Source of the DNA: Octopus bimaculoides | Taxonomy: Eukaryota | Assembly: GCF_001194135.2 (NCBI RefSeq) | Contig: NC_068981.1 | Location: 49,548,218 to 49,612,217 of the forward strand | DNA: 64,000 nt | Direction of reading: 5' to 3' | Shown: positions 41,500 through 55,719 of the stretch, piece after piece | Layout: every line of letters begins with the position of its first letter | Position numbering within the stretch: the stretch's first letter is position 1 | Made by a program: the position numbers and the translations under genes | The notes under the pieces: model-generated | The model's input: the letters and a program-made list of their open reading frames with translations, nothing else | What the model was told of the DNA's origin: nothing | The model's database searches: none

Positions 41500-42150
41500 A
41501 ATCATATTCAGATTTTTTTCATGTTTACTTGATAGGGAAGTACAAATGCTCTGCTAAAATCAGCGACTCCAGTGTGAATCTGGGAGAACTCTTGTACAAC
41601 AAATGTATTCATACTTATGCGCTGCACTATATGGAGAACATATGTAATACCATCACGGCCAGACATATTCGTAGTGACATTGATACATGGCTTGCGTAAG
41701 CTGGTTCGCAAATTGTCGGAATATGCTGCAAGCTGATTTGACCTCCAACAACAACTCAATGGCTCTGCAAAAATATCCACGAATTCTATAAAACTACCTG
41801 TGAGATAATCATTGTATGATCCAGAAGGAAACCATTCAGATAGTCAGGTGCCTTGCGTAGGCCCTAATTTTTCAAGCTTGTTAGTAAACGCCACAAGAGT
41901 TTCTAGTATTTAGAAGAGGATGTGAATAATTTCCCTAAATATATAGTCGTGACTATATTGCTTTTGCTACCTCAGATTCCAAAGTGTGATAGATCATAGC
42001 TACGGAGAATATCCTTTGTGTCAGCAAATGTAATTGCCTTGTCATAACAGCCTGTAGCATAAGGATTCGTATATAACTGAATTTCAGGAAGTGGGTGGTG
42101 TATTTTTTGAAGTCAGGATCAATTAGACTCTGCGAGTTAAAGTAACACAC
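41500..42150 (-). mobile_element. Decayed non-LTR reverse transcriptase fragment (clade uncertain)
   Basis: Minus ORF 41508-41780 contains MSGRDGITYVLHIVQRI..HTGVADFSRAF (RT motif resembling GR(S/G)T..DFSKAF). EVAKAI lies upstream. Confidence 0.45.
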
Positions 42151-42712
42151 GGTTCACTTGTACTGAAGTGAAGGCGATGGAAAGGCTAGGAAACATATGG
42201 CTAGTGTGAAAAATATGCAAGTCCATTAATTATGAAAGTAAAGATATATTAATTCCTAAATACGAAGTATCTTCGTCTTCTCAACTGGGTGTATATAAAA
42301 TATTTCTGACAGAAAGCTTGAAGAAGCCGAAGAAGACAATCGTAATACATTTCTGATGGAGATACTGGGATTAGGACGACGTTAAATTGTGAACAAAAAT
42401 TGAGGTCTATTAGAAAAACTGCACAAGTCCAAATTTGTTGAAAACATTACAACTCATGGGATCCAGGTAGCCTCAAGTTTACGCAGACACTAAGATACCT
42501 GCTTCCTGTTTGGCTGAATTCGCAGAATATGACAGTAAACAGTGTTGGAGGCGGGTGAAACATAGACAGGCCTTAATCTAAATAGACATAGATTTATTAA
42601 GTTTTTACTTCTGCGATCGAAGTAATTATTATATTTGTCTTGTGTTTCAATTATTTAACTTGCTTTAAGCTGCATTACGAATTTCGCACACATACATCAT
42701 CTTCATTTCCCC

Positions 42713-42768
<56 letters not shown>

Positions 42769-43143
42769 NNNNNNNNNNNNNNNNNNNNNNNNNNNNNNNN
42801 NNNNNNNNNNNNNNNNNNNNNNNNNNNNNNNNNNNNNNNNNNNNNNNNNNNNNNNNNNNNNNNNNNNNNNNNNNNNNNNNNNNNNNNNNNNNNNNNNNNN
42901 NNNNNNNNNNNNNNNNNNNNNNNNNNNNNNNNNNNNNNNNNNNNNNNNNNNNNNNNNNNNNNNNNNNNNNNNNNNNNNNNNNNNNNNNNNNNNNNNNNNN
43001 NNNNNNNNNNNNNNNNNNNNNNNNNNNNNNNNNNNNNNNNNNNNNNNNNNNNNNNNNNNNNNNNNNNNNNNNNNNNNNNNNNNNNNNNNNNNNNNNNNNN
43101 NNNNNNNNNNNNNNNNNNNNNNNNNNNNNNNNNNNNNNNNNNN

Positions 43144-43202
<59 letters not shown>

Positions 43203-43243
43203 CGTATAGATGTAATTTTGTACATATACGTACGTATATATGC

Positions 43244-43276
<33 letters not shown>

Positions 43277-44151
43277 TTATTTATATTATTATATGATTGT
43301 ACGCAACTCATCCTCTTCCAAGTAGGAATTATCTTAATAATTCTGTTGCGCATTGTATACGAACTTTATACACTTTCGGTTTTCTCTGATTCTCTGTCAT
43401 ACTTTTACTTCCTCTCCTCTCCCATATTCCTACCCCTTGCTCACGTGGCTCCTACGTGACCATCGGCTATCTTTCTCTCTTCTCCTAACTTCTGTTTCTT
43501 TCTTTCTCTCCGTTGTAGCTGAAACAATGAAGACGTGTTCTTGTCTGTCTCCTGTCCAAGCTTGATTTATGCGTTCGCCACCACAACATTGATTAGGCCT
43601 AACAGCCCTTCCTCTTTATTTTCTCTGTCCGTTTGTGATATCAAATTTGCTCCTTTTATTTAATTTGCTTTGCGGGAGCAACTGTTTAATCGATAGCATA
43701 TATTGTTGTTAAATGTTTGAAATACGAGAATACGATAGTAGAAAAACAGCTATCAACTGATAAAAGGTCGTTCTTTATGCTGTTTGTCTTAATTTCCATT
43801 TGTGTCTTTCGTTGTTAGAAAAAATAGTTCATATTCCATGTACTCGTACTTCGTATTTTTTGTTGTACACGTTTTGTTGCCCATATATATATANNNNNNN
43901 NNNNNNNNNNNNNNNNNNNNNNNNNNNNNNNNNNNNNNNNNNNNNNNNNNNNNNNNNNNNNNNNNNNNNNNNNNNNNNNNNNNNNNNNNNNNNNNNNNNN
44001 NNNNNNNNNNNNNNNNNNNNNNNNNNNNNNNNNNNNNNNNNNNNNNNNNNNNNNNNNNNNNNNNNNNNNNNNNNNNNNNNNNNNNNNNNNNNNNNNNNNN
44101 NNNNNNNNNNNNNNNNNNNNNNNNNNNNNNNNNNNNNNNNNNNNNNNNNNN

Positions 44152-44202
<51 letters not shown>

Positions 44203-44559
44203 GGTGTGTTGGGTAAGACTAATCATCAGGGATCATGTAGCTATTGCTATCTCTACAACTCTACAAATTCTTCAGTTATTATATATTGTTTGATCACGTT
44301 TTTTGATAATTCCTAAGAAGGACACAAGTCAATGCACTTATGTAGCAATCAAAAATCCTTAAACCTGAAGTTTGACTCCTATATTTCACCGCTAGCGTTG
44401 CTATTGTTATTTCTTTACCTCCACTGTTTCCAGTTTCCTTTTCTCTACATAATAGCCTTTAAGTTGATATGGTCAATTTTCCTTTCACTTTTCGCATGAC
44501 AATCTAGAGCACGATATTTGTTTTAGCTTTTAGCCTCTTCCCAATTTCTGTTGATCATT

Positions 44560-46760
44560 GTTCTTGTTTCCATAATCTGTCGTTTCTGGCTTTGTTTTGA
44601 TTTGTTGCTTCTTTTTAAGCCAGAAAACAATTTTTGTATTGATGTATCGTAGGTATTCCTATTAATTTTCTATCACTTTTACGAGATACTTTTAGTAGCC
44701 TTACAGCGAATGAATTATATTTTCGAGTTGCATAAGGCTCCAACCTCCATTTACGTGATGTAAATACAATCATTTTGCTAGATCTTATGTTGTGTAGTCT
44801 AAATGTCGTCATTACTCTGTGTTTTTTCTTAGTAGTCTTGTTAGTTTGTTTAGAACATTAGCCGTTAACATATTACAGGAGCATCTAAAATTTGTTTGCC
44901 TGTTAAATTTTAGAATTAGCTCTGTTTTAGACATTATTATAAAGAGTCTATAATATTCTTTCTTAATAATTTCTTTCGTGTGCTTTGTAGTAGTTCATTC
45001 ATTGTTACGTATTTATATGTATTTGGCGATGATAGCAAAATATTAATGCACTAACGTAATAGTTATACTGCACACACTTCAAGATGGCCTCGACATATTG
45101 TTCTTATTAGAATATCATAAAACTGTTTCTGGTAAATTCATGTACTGCCAGGAGTTATATTTCGAATTTTATTATCTTCAGCACACAAACATAGTTGATT
45201 GTTCTAACAGAGCATTTCGTTCAGAGTTCACTTGAGTGTAATCTGTTGCTTAAAGGTAACCCTATTAGAGAGAAAAGAATTGACGACTGAGAGACCCAAT
45301 AGAATATTTCTTTTCTAAAGGGTAAACGATTTATATTTTCATAAATCCGTATTCTGCTTGTATTTTCAAAATTGAATGCTATTTATATGTGGACGTTTTT
45401 GGCCAGGAAAACTGTCAACATACGATTGCAGTCAATTTATGTCATGCTCAGATCTTTTACCGTCGCATTCTTTTTGTTCGTATGTGATTTTGCAGCATTA
45501 TTCGTTCGTATGAGACTTTGTAACATAATTTGTGCTCTTCCGGAAACGTTGTTTTTTTCTATTCTATGTCTGTCTCTAGTATTTAGAGTGGCTATTTAAT
45601 TATTCTTGTGAATGAAATTGACTTCCACCACGGTAAGCCAGTCCGATGGTGTCTCTGATTGTGCCAGTTTCACATTAAAATTTGTTAGATCTTTAAAAGC
45701 GCATTTCAATGTGTTATTCAGTTCTGAAAAGGTATCATCACCTACTGTTGTTTCTACTTATTTTATATATATATTATATGTATTACAATGTTGTTATATT
45801 TGTCAATGATTGTTCAGATACTGCATCAGTGGTTTTGAGTTTTAGAATTGAAAGACTATTAACACGCGTAGAGAAGCTCATATACTAGTAAAGTATTATA
45901 CTTACAATGTTTCATACTAAGAGATCAACTTATGGATAATCCTAAACATTTACAAGTACAAGACTTTCTAAGAATAGTAACAGAACAAAACTTGAAACCA
46001 GACGGACTGTGGCAATATTGAATTGACAAGTGATAACTCTACACTGTTATGAACAGTGCTTTATTAATTCAGAGAGATTTTGACCTTCCTCACCAGCTCC
46101 ATCATTCGTTAGCTGAGATGGGTTATCTGCGAAAGAGAATTAGCAGTACTTGTATCATGATTATAGGGAAATGAAAAGTCATTAGGTTGTGTGCTCCGGT
46201 ATTATTTTCTAAAATATAAAATTTAGGCTTATAATTCTCTATAACTTATTGCGAGTATTCGGTAAATCATTTTATGATTTGCCATATGCATAAAATGTCT
46301 TAACATTTAGGTTTTGCTGCACAGCTCGATAATGAACATTGAGAAGTTGATATTTTCATTTTGCTGCACTCAGATAAGTATAGACATATCTCCGTGCGAA
46401 TATTTCACTCCGGAATTCGATACATTTAACACAATCATATTTTACGTATTACTTTATTAATTGGTATGTCGTCAACTGAGTGTATTGTTTTATTAGTCAG
46501 TAAACTGCGTAATAATTGTTCTCCTTTTTGAGAAAGAAAATTAATGATGACCATTCGGATTAATGTTTCGTAGAAAGATATTTCTATGAGATATTTACAG
46601 GCTTTTATAATTGTTGGCAACATTCTTTGATAGTGTGTTGGTGCAAATATGTATGATATATATCTCCTAAAGTATTGTCTTTATGAATTCTGTTTATGTA
46701 TCGCTGCTCAAGAGGAAATGTTGAAAATCTCTTTCGACGAATTTTCTTAATTACTTCTTC
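44560..46760 (-). mobile_element. Very old R4/Dong-clade LINE fossil (RT region)
   Basis: Minus-strand remnants are ETPSDWLTV (~45.65 kb), DLSMT*IDC (LSMAWIDY-like, ~45.44 kb), PFRKEIFYWVSQSSILF (RRGIFQGDSLSPLLF-like, ~45.3 kb), EIIKKEYYRL..KTEL (~44.95 kb) and LYLHHVNGGWSLMQLEN (RLYxPRKxGGRGLIQLE-like, ~44.75 kb). Boundaries are approximate. Confidence 0.6.
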
Positions 46761-47463
46761 GAAATAGCTATTATTATTCTTGAAATATGTTCATGTTAAG
46801 ATATAACGTTAAAATAGTTCGTCGGGACATATTTTATTACGTCAATCTCCTTTCATTACTCTGTATATTACGAACGCTTTAAGAAACTTTTGTTTCATCT
46901 TTAATTTCATCGAAGGAGCTACTGACAACTTTATAATAAAACTCATACTAGAATGATACTTTCATCTATCAGGTGTGAGCATTTCAAAATTGTAGGCCTG
47001 TAACTTTGTACAAAAGTAGTTAACCAAAATTAAATGCAAATTATCATTTCACTGATTATTAAATAATCAACCACCAACATTCTCCGATAATTAACTCCTA
47101 AAGAGACTGTTTCGTTGTACACCTACCGCTGCTACTGCTACAACAATCCCCCCTTATTGTTTGTGATAGTCAGTTGCATATCAGATCCATTAAGACCTAT
47201 TCGTTCCACAGGAATACAATAATTTTATGTACATCTTCTTAGTAATATGATCCATCCACATTAATATGTGATCGAAAGTAGAACTAAGAAACTAATAAAC
47301 CGCATCAATTCCTTTGAACAAGTCACATTTTACCACTATGCTAATATTCTTATGCTGAAGTATCAAATAAGTTGCATACCTGTATGTGTATATATATAAG
47401 ATTCCTTGCTACATTTATACTGTATATACTAAAGAATATATAGGTATAATTATAAGCGTTAGT

Positions 47464-47648
47464 AGGGGTGGTGAGCTGATAGAACCGTTACTGCGCCGAA
47501 CAAAAGAACAATGATGCTTAGTAGCATTTCTTGTGACTATTTACGTTTTGAAATCATACCTTTGAGGTCGAATTTGTTGCGCACAGAGAACAACGTAATC
47601 GACTAGCACCTTCCACTAAAATTTCAGGTTTCATGTCTCATAAAAAAA
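47464..47648 (+). mobile_element. Family A SINE, decayed
   Basis: GGTGGTGAGCTGATAGAACCGTTA..ATGCTTAG..GAGGTCGAATTTG..GTAATCGACTAGCACCTTCC..AAATTTCAGG. Confidence 0.6.
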
Positions 47649-50600
47649 TTATCGTAAGTTGCATTAAATACTTTCGATGTCGGATATGCAAAAGACAGTG
47701 TCTTGCCAAATTCTCATGAAAAATAACGGCCATCCCTCAACATCTACTTTTCTGACACCAGATATTTAAAAAAAAATTATTCAGGTTATTTTAAGTAATG
47801 TCGTATCCTCCCAAATAATCAAGGCTATTCATGAAAATTTCATGTACACAATCTTTAAATGTTCAATGTCTACAATTCTTCTAAAGTTTAGATTTATTCC
47901 TGACAAGCAGGCATGTGCTGCTGTATCCAGTGCTATGTATGTTAATTTAGCATCATTGACATTTCCTCCCAATCGTGTTTGTCAAGGTGGGAGGTATTAA
48001 ATTAATGAATTCTAATAGATTATATGCAAGGCGTTATACAGACAACAGATAACATGTAAATGGAAGGAAAACCATCGAAATACTATTGAAAATAATTTTT
48101 AGCATTTACTTGAAAAGTGTTATCAGTTTGACTTTAAAATTAATGAAGTAGTTATTTTAATGAAACGCGTTCATTAGGGCCAGGTGGGCTCTGAAACTTA
48201 TAATGAAACTGAAATCTTCATAGCACCTTATCAAATTAAAACAATTTATATCATTTTAGACATAAAGTTTATTTTTTATTCCTCTGTTATTTTAACGGTA
48301 GCAGTCGTTCTCCTTTTGCAATGTTGTGTCATGGTATTCCCAAGTTTTAAGCCATTATATTAGCTTTCCACTTTTCTGATAATGACCCTATCATCTTCGT
48401 ATTGGAAGAAAGTTAAATTTGTCAGATTGAAAGTACGAAACAGAACGTGACTAACCACATCATATTTTGAATAGTGGTCACTTTTTGATTACTCACTCAC
48501 AGTAATTATACGTACATAAATACATGCAGTATGTGTAACTCTATGACACTCTTTCTCTCTCTCTCTTTCTTTCTCTCTCTCTTCTTTCTCTCTCTCTCTC
48601 TCTCTCTCTCTACCTCTCAATATAACTGAGATGCTAATATAAGTAAATTAATACATACATAGATGCATACATAGAAGCACACACACGTATGTACATGAAT
48701 ACTTATATACATACAAACGCATACCATTTTCTCAAAGTGACTCGCACTAACATCCTTTTCAAAGGAAATGACTAAGGAGCAAAATTGTTAACCACTCAGC
48801 CAGGCTTTGCACTCTCAATTGATATTTTCTACGAGATTTACTACCATTATCTGTTACAACAATTTGAGTTTTATCGATATTTATAATGCAATTTTACAAC
48901 TTATCGATTCAATGTCCTCTCTTCTGCCCCAATTTCGGATAATTAAAGCATTCGTTAATGTGAAACTTTAAACTAGAAGCAAGCCAGGGAAAATGTAGCA
49001 GAAAAAAAGAAATAAATTCTCAATTGAATTTTGCTCTTCAAAGTATGTTAAAATGGAGTATATTATAGATAATTGGAATAAAATAACGACCAAAAATATT
49101 CTAAATATATGTAATAAAACAAGAGTATCACTTTTTAACATCACTGATGCATATTTCATTTTACATGCCATGGTTGTTAATGCTCAATAAAATGGCAAAC
49201 TTACTTTTCCTCACAAATCACTGTTTACATTATTTTCAATTAATTTTATATTTTTAACTGTAGGTTACCTCCTTGAAATTTTCAATGTTTAAATTTTATA
49301 CAACAATAAATAATTTAATAAATATACTCTCTAGAAGTAAAATATCAAAGGGAACCGCAGATATAAAAATTGCTTTAGTATTTTGATCATTTAAAATAAC
49401 TCCATAGGTAGAATGTTGCAAGTTTATAACCCAATAAATGAGAAAATGGTACATGCATCCCATAACAAAAAAAATATTGTTTTCACTGTGGATTAAAACC
49501 AGTTTTGATTAGACCTAGTAAATTGTATTAGTTTTCTCCGCACGTATGACAACACGTGAAATAATTACTGCTCACGTACACTTTGCGCATGTGATCTCAG
49601 TCTAAACGAAACGCAGGAAAAATAGAGGATGTTTGGAGTACTGTATATCTGTTTTGAAAATGTTACAGAATAAAATTTGTGTAGAATGTAGAGATGTATT
49701 GACAATTGGAACACGACGACTATACAAAAGTTGGATTCCTTTCAATAATCTGAAGAATGCCTGTTTTGGCTGACATGCAGGAATTTAAGTCGCTTCAGAA
49801 ATGCTGAATTTTATTTCTATGTAAAGAAATTAATTTGATTTTTTAACGAAAGTTTGCAATTTATTGACTGTTTAGAATATATTTCATTGTAGTAATATCT
49901 TCTGGTATGTGTTGCTGTTGATCGCTGGTAAAAGATTCAGTTTGACAGTACCTATTCATGTTATAATATTCCAGTTTTATAGAAGTTTTGCAGAAATGAC
50001 ACGTAAATGGTTCCAGTATAACAGGGGTTAAATTGTGTAGAGGTTTTGCATCGTATGTTAGGAAACGTTTCGAGCGAATTGAATATATTGCCAATAATAT
50101 CTAGAAGAAAGTATACTGGGGTTAATTAGGAATGCGGAATACTTCTAGATTGATTGCATTTTGAACGAAACAAACCCATCATTGAACAATTTACGATACA
50201 TTTTGTAGAAATATTTAACTAAATGCAATGAGACTAATGAAATGTGGAGAACTACCTGGTACATAACGTATGAAAACAAAACTACTATACCTTTGTCTAT
50301 TAGTGTCTTCCTTAACTATTCTACTTTATATGAACCAACTATCCATTTGGTTTTCCTAGTCTACTAATACAAATATGTGTGTTAATTCATTTATAGATAT
50401 ATGTTGAATGCTCTACAATGGCCGATACTCTAACTGGAGATAGAAATGATGTAGAAGCTGATCGATAATTTCTATATTTAATCCCATTGTCCAAATTTGT
50501 CACATTATTCCACACTATTTCTACGTAAGAATTTCATTCAATATACACATGTCTATCCTCTATAGTTGCCTAACACTATCTCAATGAGCCTGGTAGTTTA

Positions 50601-51147
50601 GGTAGATGAACAACAAAACGTTCGTGGTAAGATCAACTTTGTAACGACAAGGTTCCAGGATCGCTTGTAATGCATGGCGTCATGTGAAAATGTTCCGTTT
50701 CTATATCTTCGAGTGAAATTATATGAGAATGAACTGCTTAGACGGGAACCGTGTAGAAATTTAGCTGGGGGAGTGTACAAGCACTTAGAAAGCTACGACC
50801 ATGTGACGCTGTGGCACTAATTTTTGCCGGAGAATTACACGAATTGAATAGCAAGCAATTTAGTTACTTCAACAATAGTATCTTCACCGTCGTTCAACTA
50901 AGATCCATCGCCATACTATCTTCCATACAATGGAATTCCTTTTTGGCTGGCCTTCTCAACCAAGCCCTAGATCAGAATGAGCTGGCTGCTGGGGCAATCT
51001 TCTTTCAATCCCGCCAAGTCAAATGGGTCAAAGCTGAGGGAGCGTATATATATACTCCCAAGTAATTTGCCACCTAAAACAATTATCTAAAGTATGTGAG
51101 ACTTTACCAAGTCATATTCACTAACATCTGACTGCTAGGTGTACTGT

Positions 51148-51178
<31 letters not shown>

Positions 51179-51867
51179 NNNNNNNNNNNNNNNNNNNNNN
51201 NNNNNNNNNNNNNNNNNNNNNNNNNNNNNNNNNNNNNNNNNNNNNNNNNNNNNNNNNNNNNNNNNNNNNNNNNNNNNNNNNNNNNNNNNNNNNNNNNNNN
51301 NNNNNNNNNNNNNNNNNNNNNNNNNNNNNNNNNNNNNNNNNNNNNNNNNNNNNNNNNNNNNNNNNNNNNNNNNNNNNNNNNNNNNNNNNNNNNNNNNNNN
51401 NNNTTTTTTTTTTTTTTTTTTTTTTGTCTCTGAGTTGTAACAGAAAATCCCCTAGTAATTTTGCTGTCACGATTGTAACAGTTGGGATTTTGACGCCGCA
51501 ATGCTTTTCCATTCCGATTGTGTCTTTTAATCCTCGGTGGAACAACTGCAATCTAAAAAAAATATGGTATTCAAAACCCTTCAAATTTCTTACCTTATCA
51601 TATATTGCCTCTTGTGTTCTCACTTTTACCATCCGCTCATAATCTGCTGAAAATAGAAAATAGTCAATATCATTGCAAATATCTCTGTGGTTCACCATTG
51701 TTTTACACTGGACATGTACAGATATACGAGTCTATAAGAAGGGGAGTATGTATTCTTCTTGACCTTTGCTCTCCCCTTAGTCACAAATGACGTAAATTAT
51801 CTTATACTGTGTTGAAATACATTGGCAAAATATTGGTAAACACAACTAACAGTGCTTCAAACTAACC

Positions 51868-51964
51868 TTGTGTTAACAACAAACAAGATGAGGTACAACA
51901 TCCATCAAATGTAAATAATGTAAATAATGTACATAATTCCTCATCTATTAAATATAGTAGTGCA
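51868..51964. repeat. Terminal fragment of an interspersed repeat (possibly Penelope-like)
   Basis: GTTAACAACAAACAAGATGAGG..AATGTAAATAATGTAAATAATGTACATAATTCCTCATCTATTAAATATAG is recalled as a common octopus repeat end. This was not verifiable within the window. Confidence 0.3.
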
Positions 51965-52530
51965 TTATTTTCGGCCCTAAACGACAAGCACACTTGGGAA
52001 TGTGATAATCCCCGTCACTTTTGTTGCCCCGCGTTGAATTTAATTATACATTGGAGTTTTTTTAATTATATTATGTTAAATGCGAGTGCTAAGCTGAGTT
52101 TTGATGGTATTGTTAAGCAAGTGGTTAAAATTGTTCGTATCAAAAGCTACAGAATATTGATTCATTTTTATGCGCTTTAAATTATTGCAATTGTAGTTTA
52201 CAGTATCCTGGGTGTTTTAAAGTTTTCATTTTCTGATTTTCTTGTGTGAGTATGTGAACTGTACAACTTCGAAATCTTTTGTTAGAAGGAGATTTTCTCA
52301 TCTATAGTTCGTGTTAAATATTAACCAGAAAAGTGTACTTATATGATTTACATGAACAGCTTTCATAAAACAAACTGCTAGTCTGAATAAGTTTCAAATT
52401 AATACGGCAGAAAAAGTCATCCAATTTTGTAAAGAAATATTCATACGAAAACATATCATTACAAAACATTGGGAAGCCAACCTTTGCATTGTGACATAAC
52501 AACATCATCAACAACAAAACAATGATATTC

Positions 52531-52727
52531 CTTTCTATTGTAAGCACAAGGCCTGCAATGTGGGGGCAGGGGGATAGTCGATTACATCAACTCCAGTGCT
52601 TATCGACCGCAAAATGATGAACAGTAAAGTCGACCTCGGCGGAATTTGAACTCAGAACGTAACGACGAGCGAAATACCGCTAACTATTTCGTGTAACGTG
52701 CTAATAATTCTGCCAGCACGCCTCCTT
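52531..52727 (-). mobile_element. Family A SINE, antisense
   Basis: Reverse complement of the family A consensus: AGTCGATTACATC..AAAGTCGACCTCGGCGGAATTTGAACTCAGAACGTAAC..AATTCTGCCAGCACGCCTCC. Confidence 0.85.
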
Positions 52728-52736
52728 AATAATAAC

Positions 52737-52771
<35 letters not shown>

Positions 52772-52798
52772 TAATAGTAATAATAATAATAATAATAA
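52728..52798 (+). repeat. (AAT)n microsatellite between a SINE head and a Dong LINE
   Basis: Direct reading. Confidence 0.95.
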
Positions 52799-53953
52799 CC
52801 CCACAACCGGAATATTCCAACAGATGGCCATCCATGCTCGTCATCAAATAACCAAAAGAAAAAGAATGAAAAATGGTCTAGGGAAGATCATAAAGAAGTT
52901 CTTACAGCTTTCTACCATGCCATATATTTCCCTACAGATAAATCTAATACTGTACAAACCTACTTAAACTGGAGACAGAAACACCTTGAAGTAAGACCCT
53001 ACATAGACAGTAACAAACTTGCCAACGTCAGAAGAAACATTATGAAAAAAAATTACTAACTGAAGTANNNNNNNNNNNNNNNNNNNNNNNNNNNNNNNNN
53101 NNNNNNNNNNNNNNNNNNNNNNNNNNNNNNNNNCATACAGAAATCGACGCAACAGAACTACATGATCTAAAAAATCAAATCATGATTGAATGGCTGAAAA
53201 TTAAAGAAACCAGTATGAATGAACGCGACACTCTCCCCAAAATTCGCAATTCGAACCAAAACCTGAAAATAATTGGTAAAATCCGCCTTGCACTTAAGGA
53301 TATAATTTCAGCTAATGATGTTGATATTACAGATCTCAACCACCTGTACTGTGCATCCGCAAAAATCTCAACGGTTCTATGTGGTGAAAAGATTAGAAAA
53401 CGACAACACTCCCACAAAAACCCTTCTTGGCAACAGCGCATTCAACACCAAATTAAGCTACATAGATCTGACATAGAATGTTTGAAAAACCTTAAATTTG
53501 ATAAGAGTATCAAACCTACAAAGACCCAAAAACTAAAGAAAAAATATAATGCGAAAACCATAGTTGACATTGATACCACCATAGAAACCATCAAGCAAAA
53601 GGTATGTGCTAAAGCTGCCCGTATAGCAAGGTATGAAAAGCGTGTTAGATTCTTCCGAGATAATAACATGTTGAAAAATAACCCCAAAACTTTCTACAGG
53701 AAGATAAGGAAAACACCAGTAACAATAAAGTCTGTCCCATCAAAAGAAGAAGTGCAAGAATTTTGGAATAAAATCTGGGCAGAAGATAAAGCACACAATG
53801 AAAAGGCCCCTTGGATTGATAGAATATCTACAGACCTAGACTCCTTAGAGGAGCAAATGTGGGAGGGGGTCAAGGTAGAAGATATACGATCTGCTCTCAG
53901 GATGTCAAGCAAATGGAAGTCTCCAGGAAAGGATAACATTCCTAACTTCTGGT
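52799..53953 (+). mobile_element. R4/Dong-clade non-LTR retrotransposon, N-terminal/pre-RT part, relatively young but frameshifted
   Basis: KWSREDHKEVLTAFYHA..WRQKHLEVRPYIDSNKLANVRRNIMKK, then ORF 53182-53953 with PSWQQRIQHQI, KQKVCAKAARIARYEKR, NPKTFYRKI, EFWNKIW and KWKSPGKDNIPNFW, which is the run-in to the R4 RT domain. Frameshifts occur in A-runs near 52870 and 53050. It is cut by N gaps. Confidence 0.88.
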
Positions 53954-55679
53954 NNNNNNNNNNNNNNNNNNNNNNNNNNNNNNNNNNNNNNNNNNNNNNN
54001 NNNNNNNNNNNNNNNNNNNNNNNNNNNNNNNNNNNNNNNNNNNNNNNNNNNNNGATAGATAGATAGATAGATAGATCGTTCGATAGATAGATAGATAGAT
54101 AGAAAGCTAGCTAGCTAGATAGATAGATCAAAATTATTGCACTCAAATTCGTTAGTACGCTGAGTTTCAAGAGTAATGCTAGTATTCAGCCATTTTGAAT
54201 TCAAATTCAGCATTCACATTCAAAATAGCTGAAGACTAGCGTCACACTTGACACTCGGAGTACCATCGAATTTGAATGAAACTGTTTTGATCCATACATG
54301 CAATTCCCAAGATGTTTTTTTGGATGCCCTTCTTCTCGTTTGTCCACTCACTCGTAGATGTGTGTGTTTGCGTGTGTGTGTGTGTGTGCGCGTGTGTGTG
54401 TGTGTGCGTGTGTGTGCGTATGTGCGCGCACGATCGTGTGTGTGTGTGCGAACGTGTGTGAGAGTGTATATATGTGACTCTCTTTGTGCGTTTATTTCAA
54501 TGACATTTTACAATCGAAGATTTTCAGATTTTACTATCATTATATTCATAAAACCAAGAAATAATATATTGATCGATTAAAGCTCACTATGTAGTGGATC
54601 ATATCGAATTTGAAAAATCATTTGGAAACGTTTGCCAACATTTTGAATAATTGTTACTTTCACAGATTCAGTAATTAATGCTATCATTAAATCCCCTGGG
54701 TAACGCTGTTGTAATAATGCTTAAATTAGGTGTCAACAAAAAAATATATATTAATACGAAATTTTTATAGAACACATTTATAACTAAATATAGCCATATA
54801 TGTTACTTTTTTGGACAGCTTCTCATATTTTTTATTCTCTTCAAATCTGTTGAGAATAATTACTTTCAGATTAGTTTTGTCAAATATGTTTGCTAGACTT
54901 TTCTTGAAATAACCTCATTTTAAATTAAATGTTTCTTTTTATTTATCATGTCTACAAGGAAATGATATAAATCAATTTGTTTGGAAAATAGAAACGACAG
55001 ATTTAGTGTATTAAAAAGAGTTGATTTAAAATAGCATTAATAGTGCACACTACATGATAGTAACTAATTATATCAACACATGTGACATGGAAAACATGAA
55101 AGAAAACAAATTCCAGCTGTGATACTGTATCTCAGAGCAAATTTTTCTTGTAATTCAAGAGAAATCTGTTTCGGTGGTGTACAGGAATTGGATGATGCCG
55201 ACGAAATCGTATTATTAAAAATAAGATTCCAGGCGGTATGTGTTTTTTTCTGCAGTGCATTGAATGTATAATAAGTGTTACGGATAAACTGGTTCTAAAT
55301 ACACAGCCGCCGTGTGAATGACGACATATTCATATCTCTTTCACCTGCATATTGCATATTAATAGCGTAATACAGAGACAGACACATTGACAAGCATATA
55401 ATATATATATATATATATATATATANNNNNNNNNNNNNNNNNNNNNNNNNNNNNNNNNNNNNNNNNNNNNNNNNNNNNNNNNNNNNNNNNNNNNNNNNNN
55501 NNNNNNNNNNNNNNNNNNNNNNNNNNNNNNNNNNNNNNNNNNNNNNNNNNNNNNNNNNNNNNNNNNNNNNNNNNNNNNNNNNNNNNNNNNNNNNNNNNNN
55601 NNNNNNNNNNNNNNNNNNNNNNNNNNNNNNNNNNNNNNNNNNNNNNNNNNNNNNNNNNNNNNNNNNNNNNNNNNNNNNN

Positions 55680-55712
<33 letters not shown>

Positions 55713-55719
55713 TGTATAT

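Noticed and set aside
41534-41695. Plus-strand candidate exon (GKYKCSAK...DTWLA)
   Set aside because: The phase is wrong, and the minus strand carries an RT motif (DFSRAF), which explains the open frame.
43481-43530. Textbook-looking acceptor (CTAAC + polypyrimidine + TAG at 43518) as exon 2 of the gene
   Set aside because: Joining it to the phase-2 donor gives AGC TGA (an immediate stop), I saw no nearby AATAAA, and it lies in low-complexity pyrimidine-rich sequence. It cannot be supported without RNA data.
50290-51110. Possible Penelope GIY-YIG remnant and associated repeat
   Set aside because: There is only faint similarity (VWN..DNGIKY..EIID..GHCR), too weak to call without a search.
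51420-51700. Minus ORF MVNHRDICNDIDYFLFSADYERMVKVRT...
   Set aside because: It weakly resembles the IDYIL motif of LINE endonucleases, so it is more likely a fossil than a gene. Evidence is insufficient either way.
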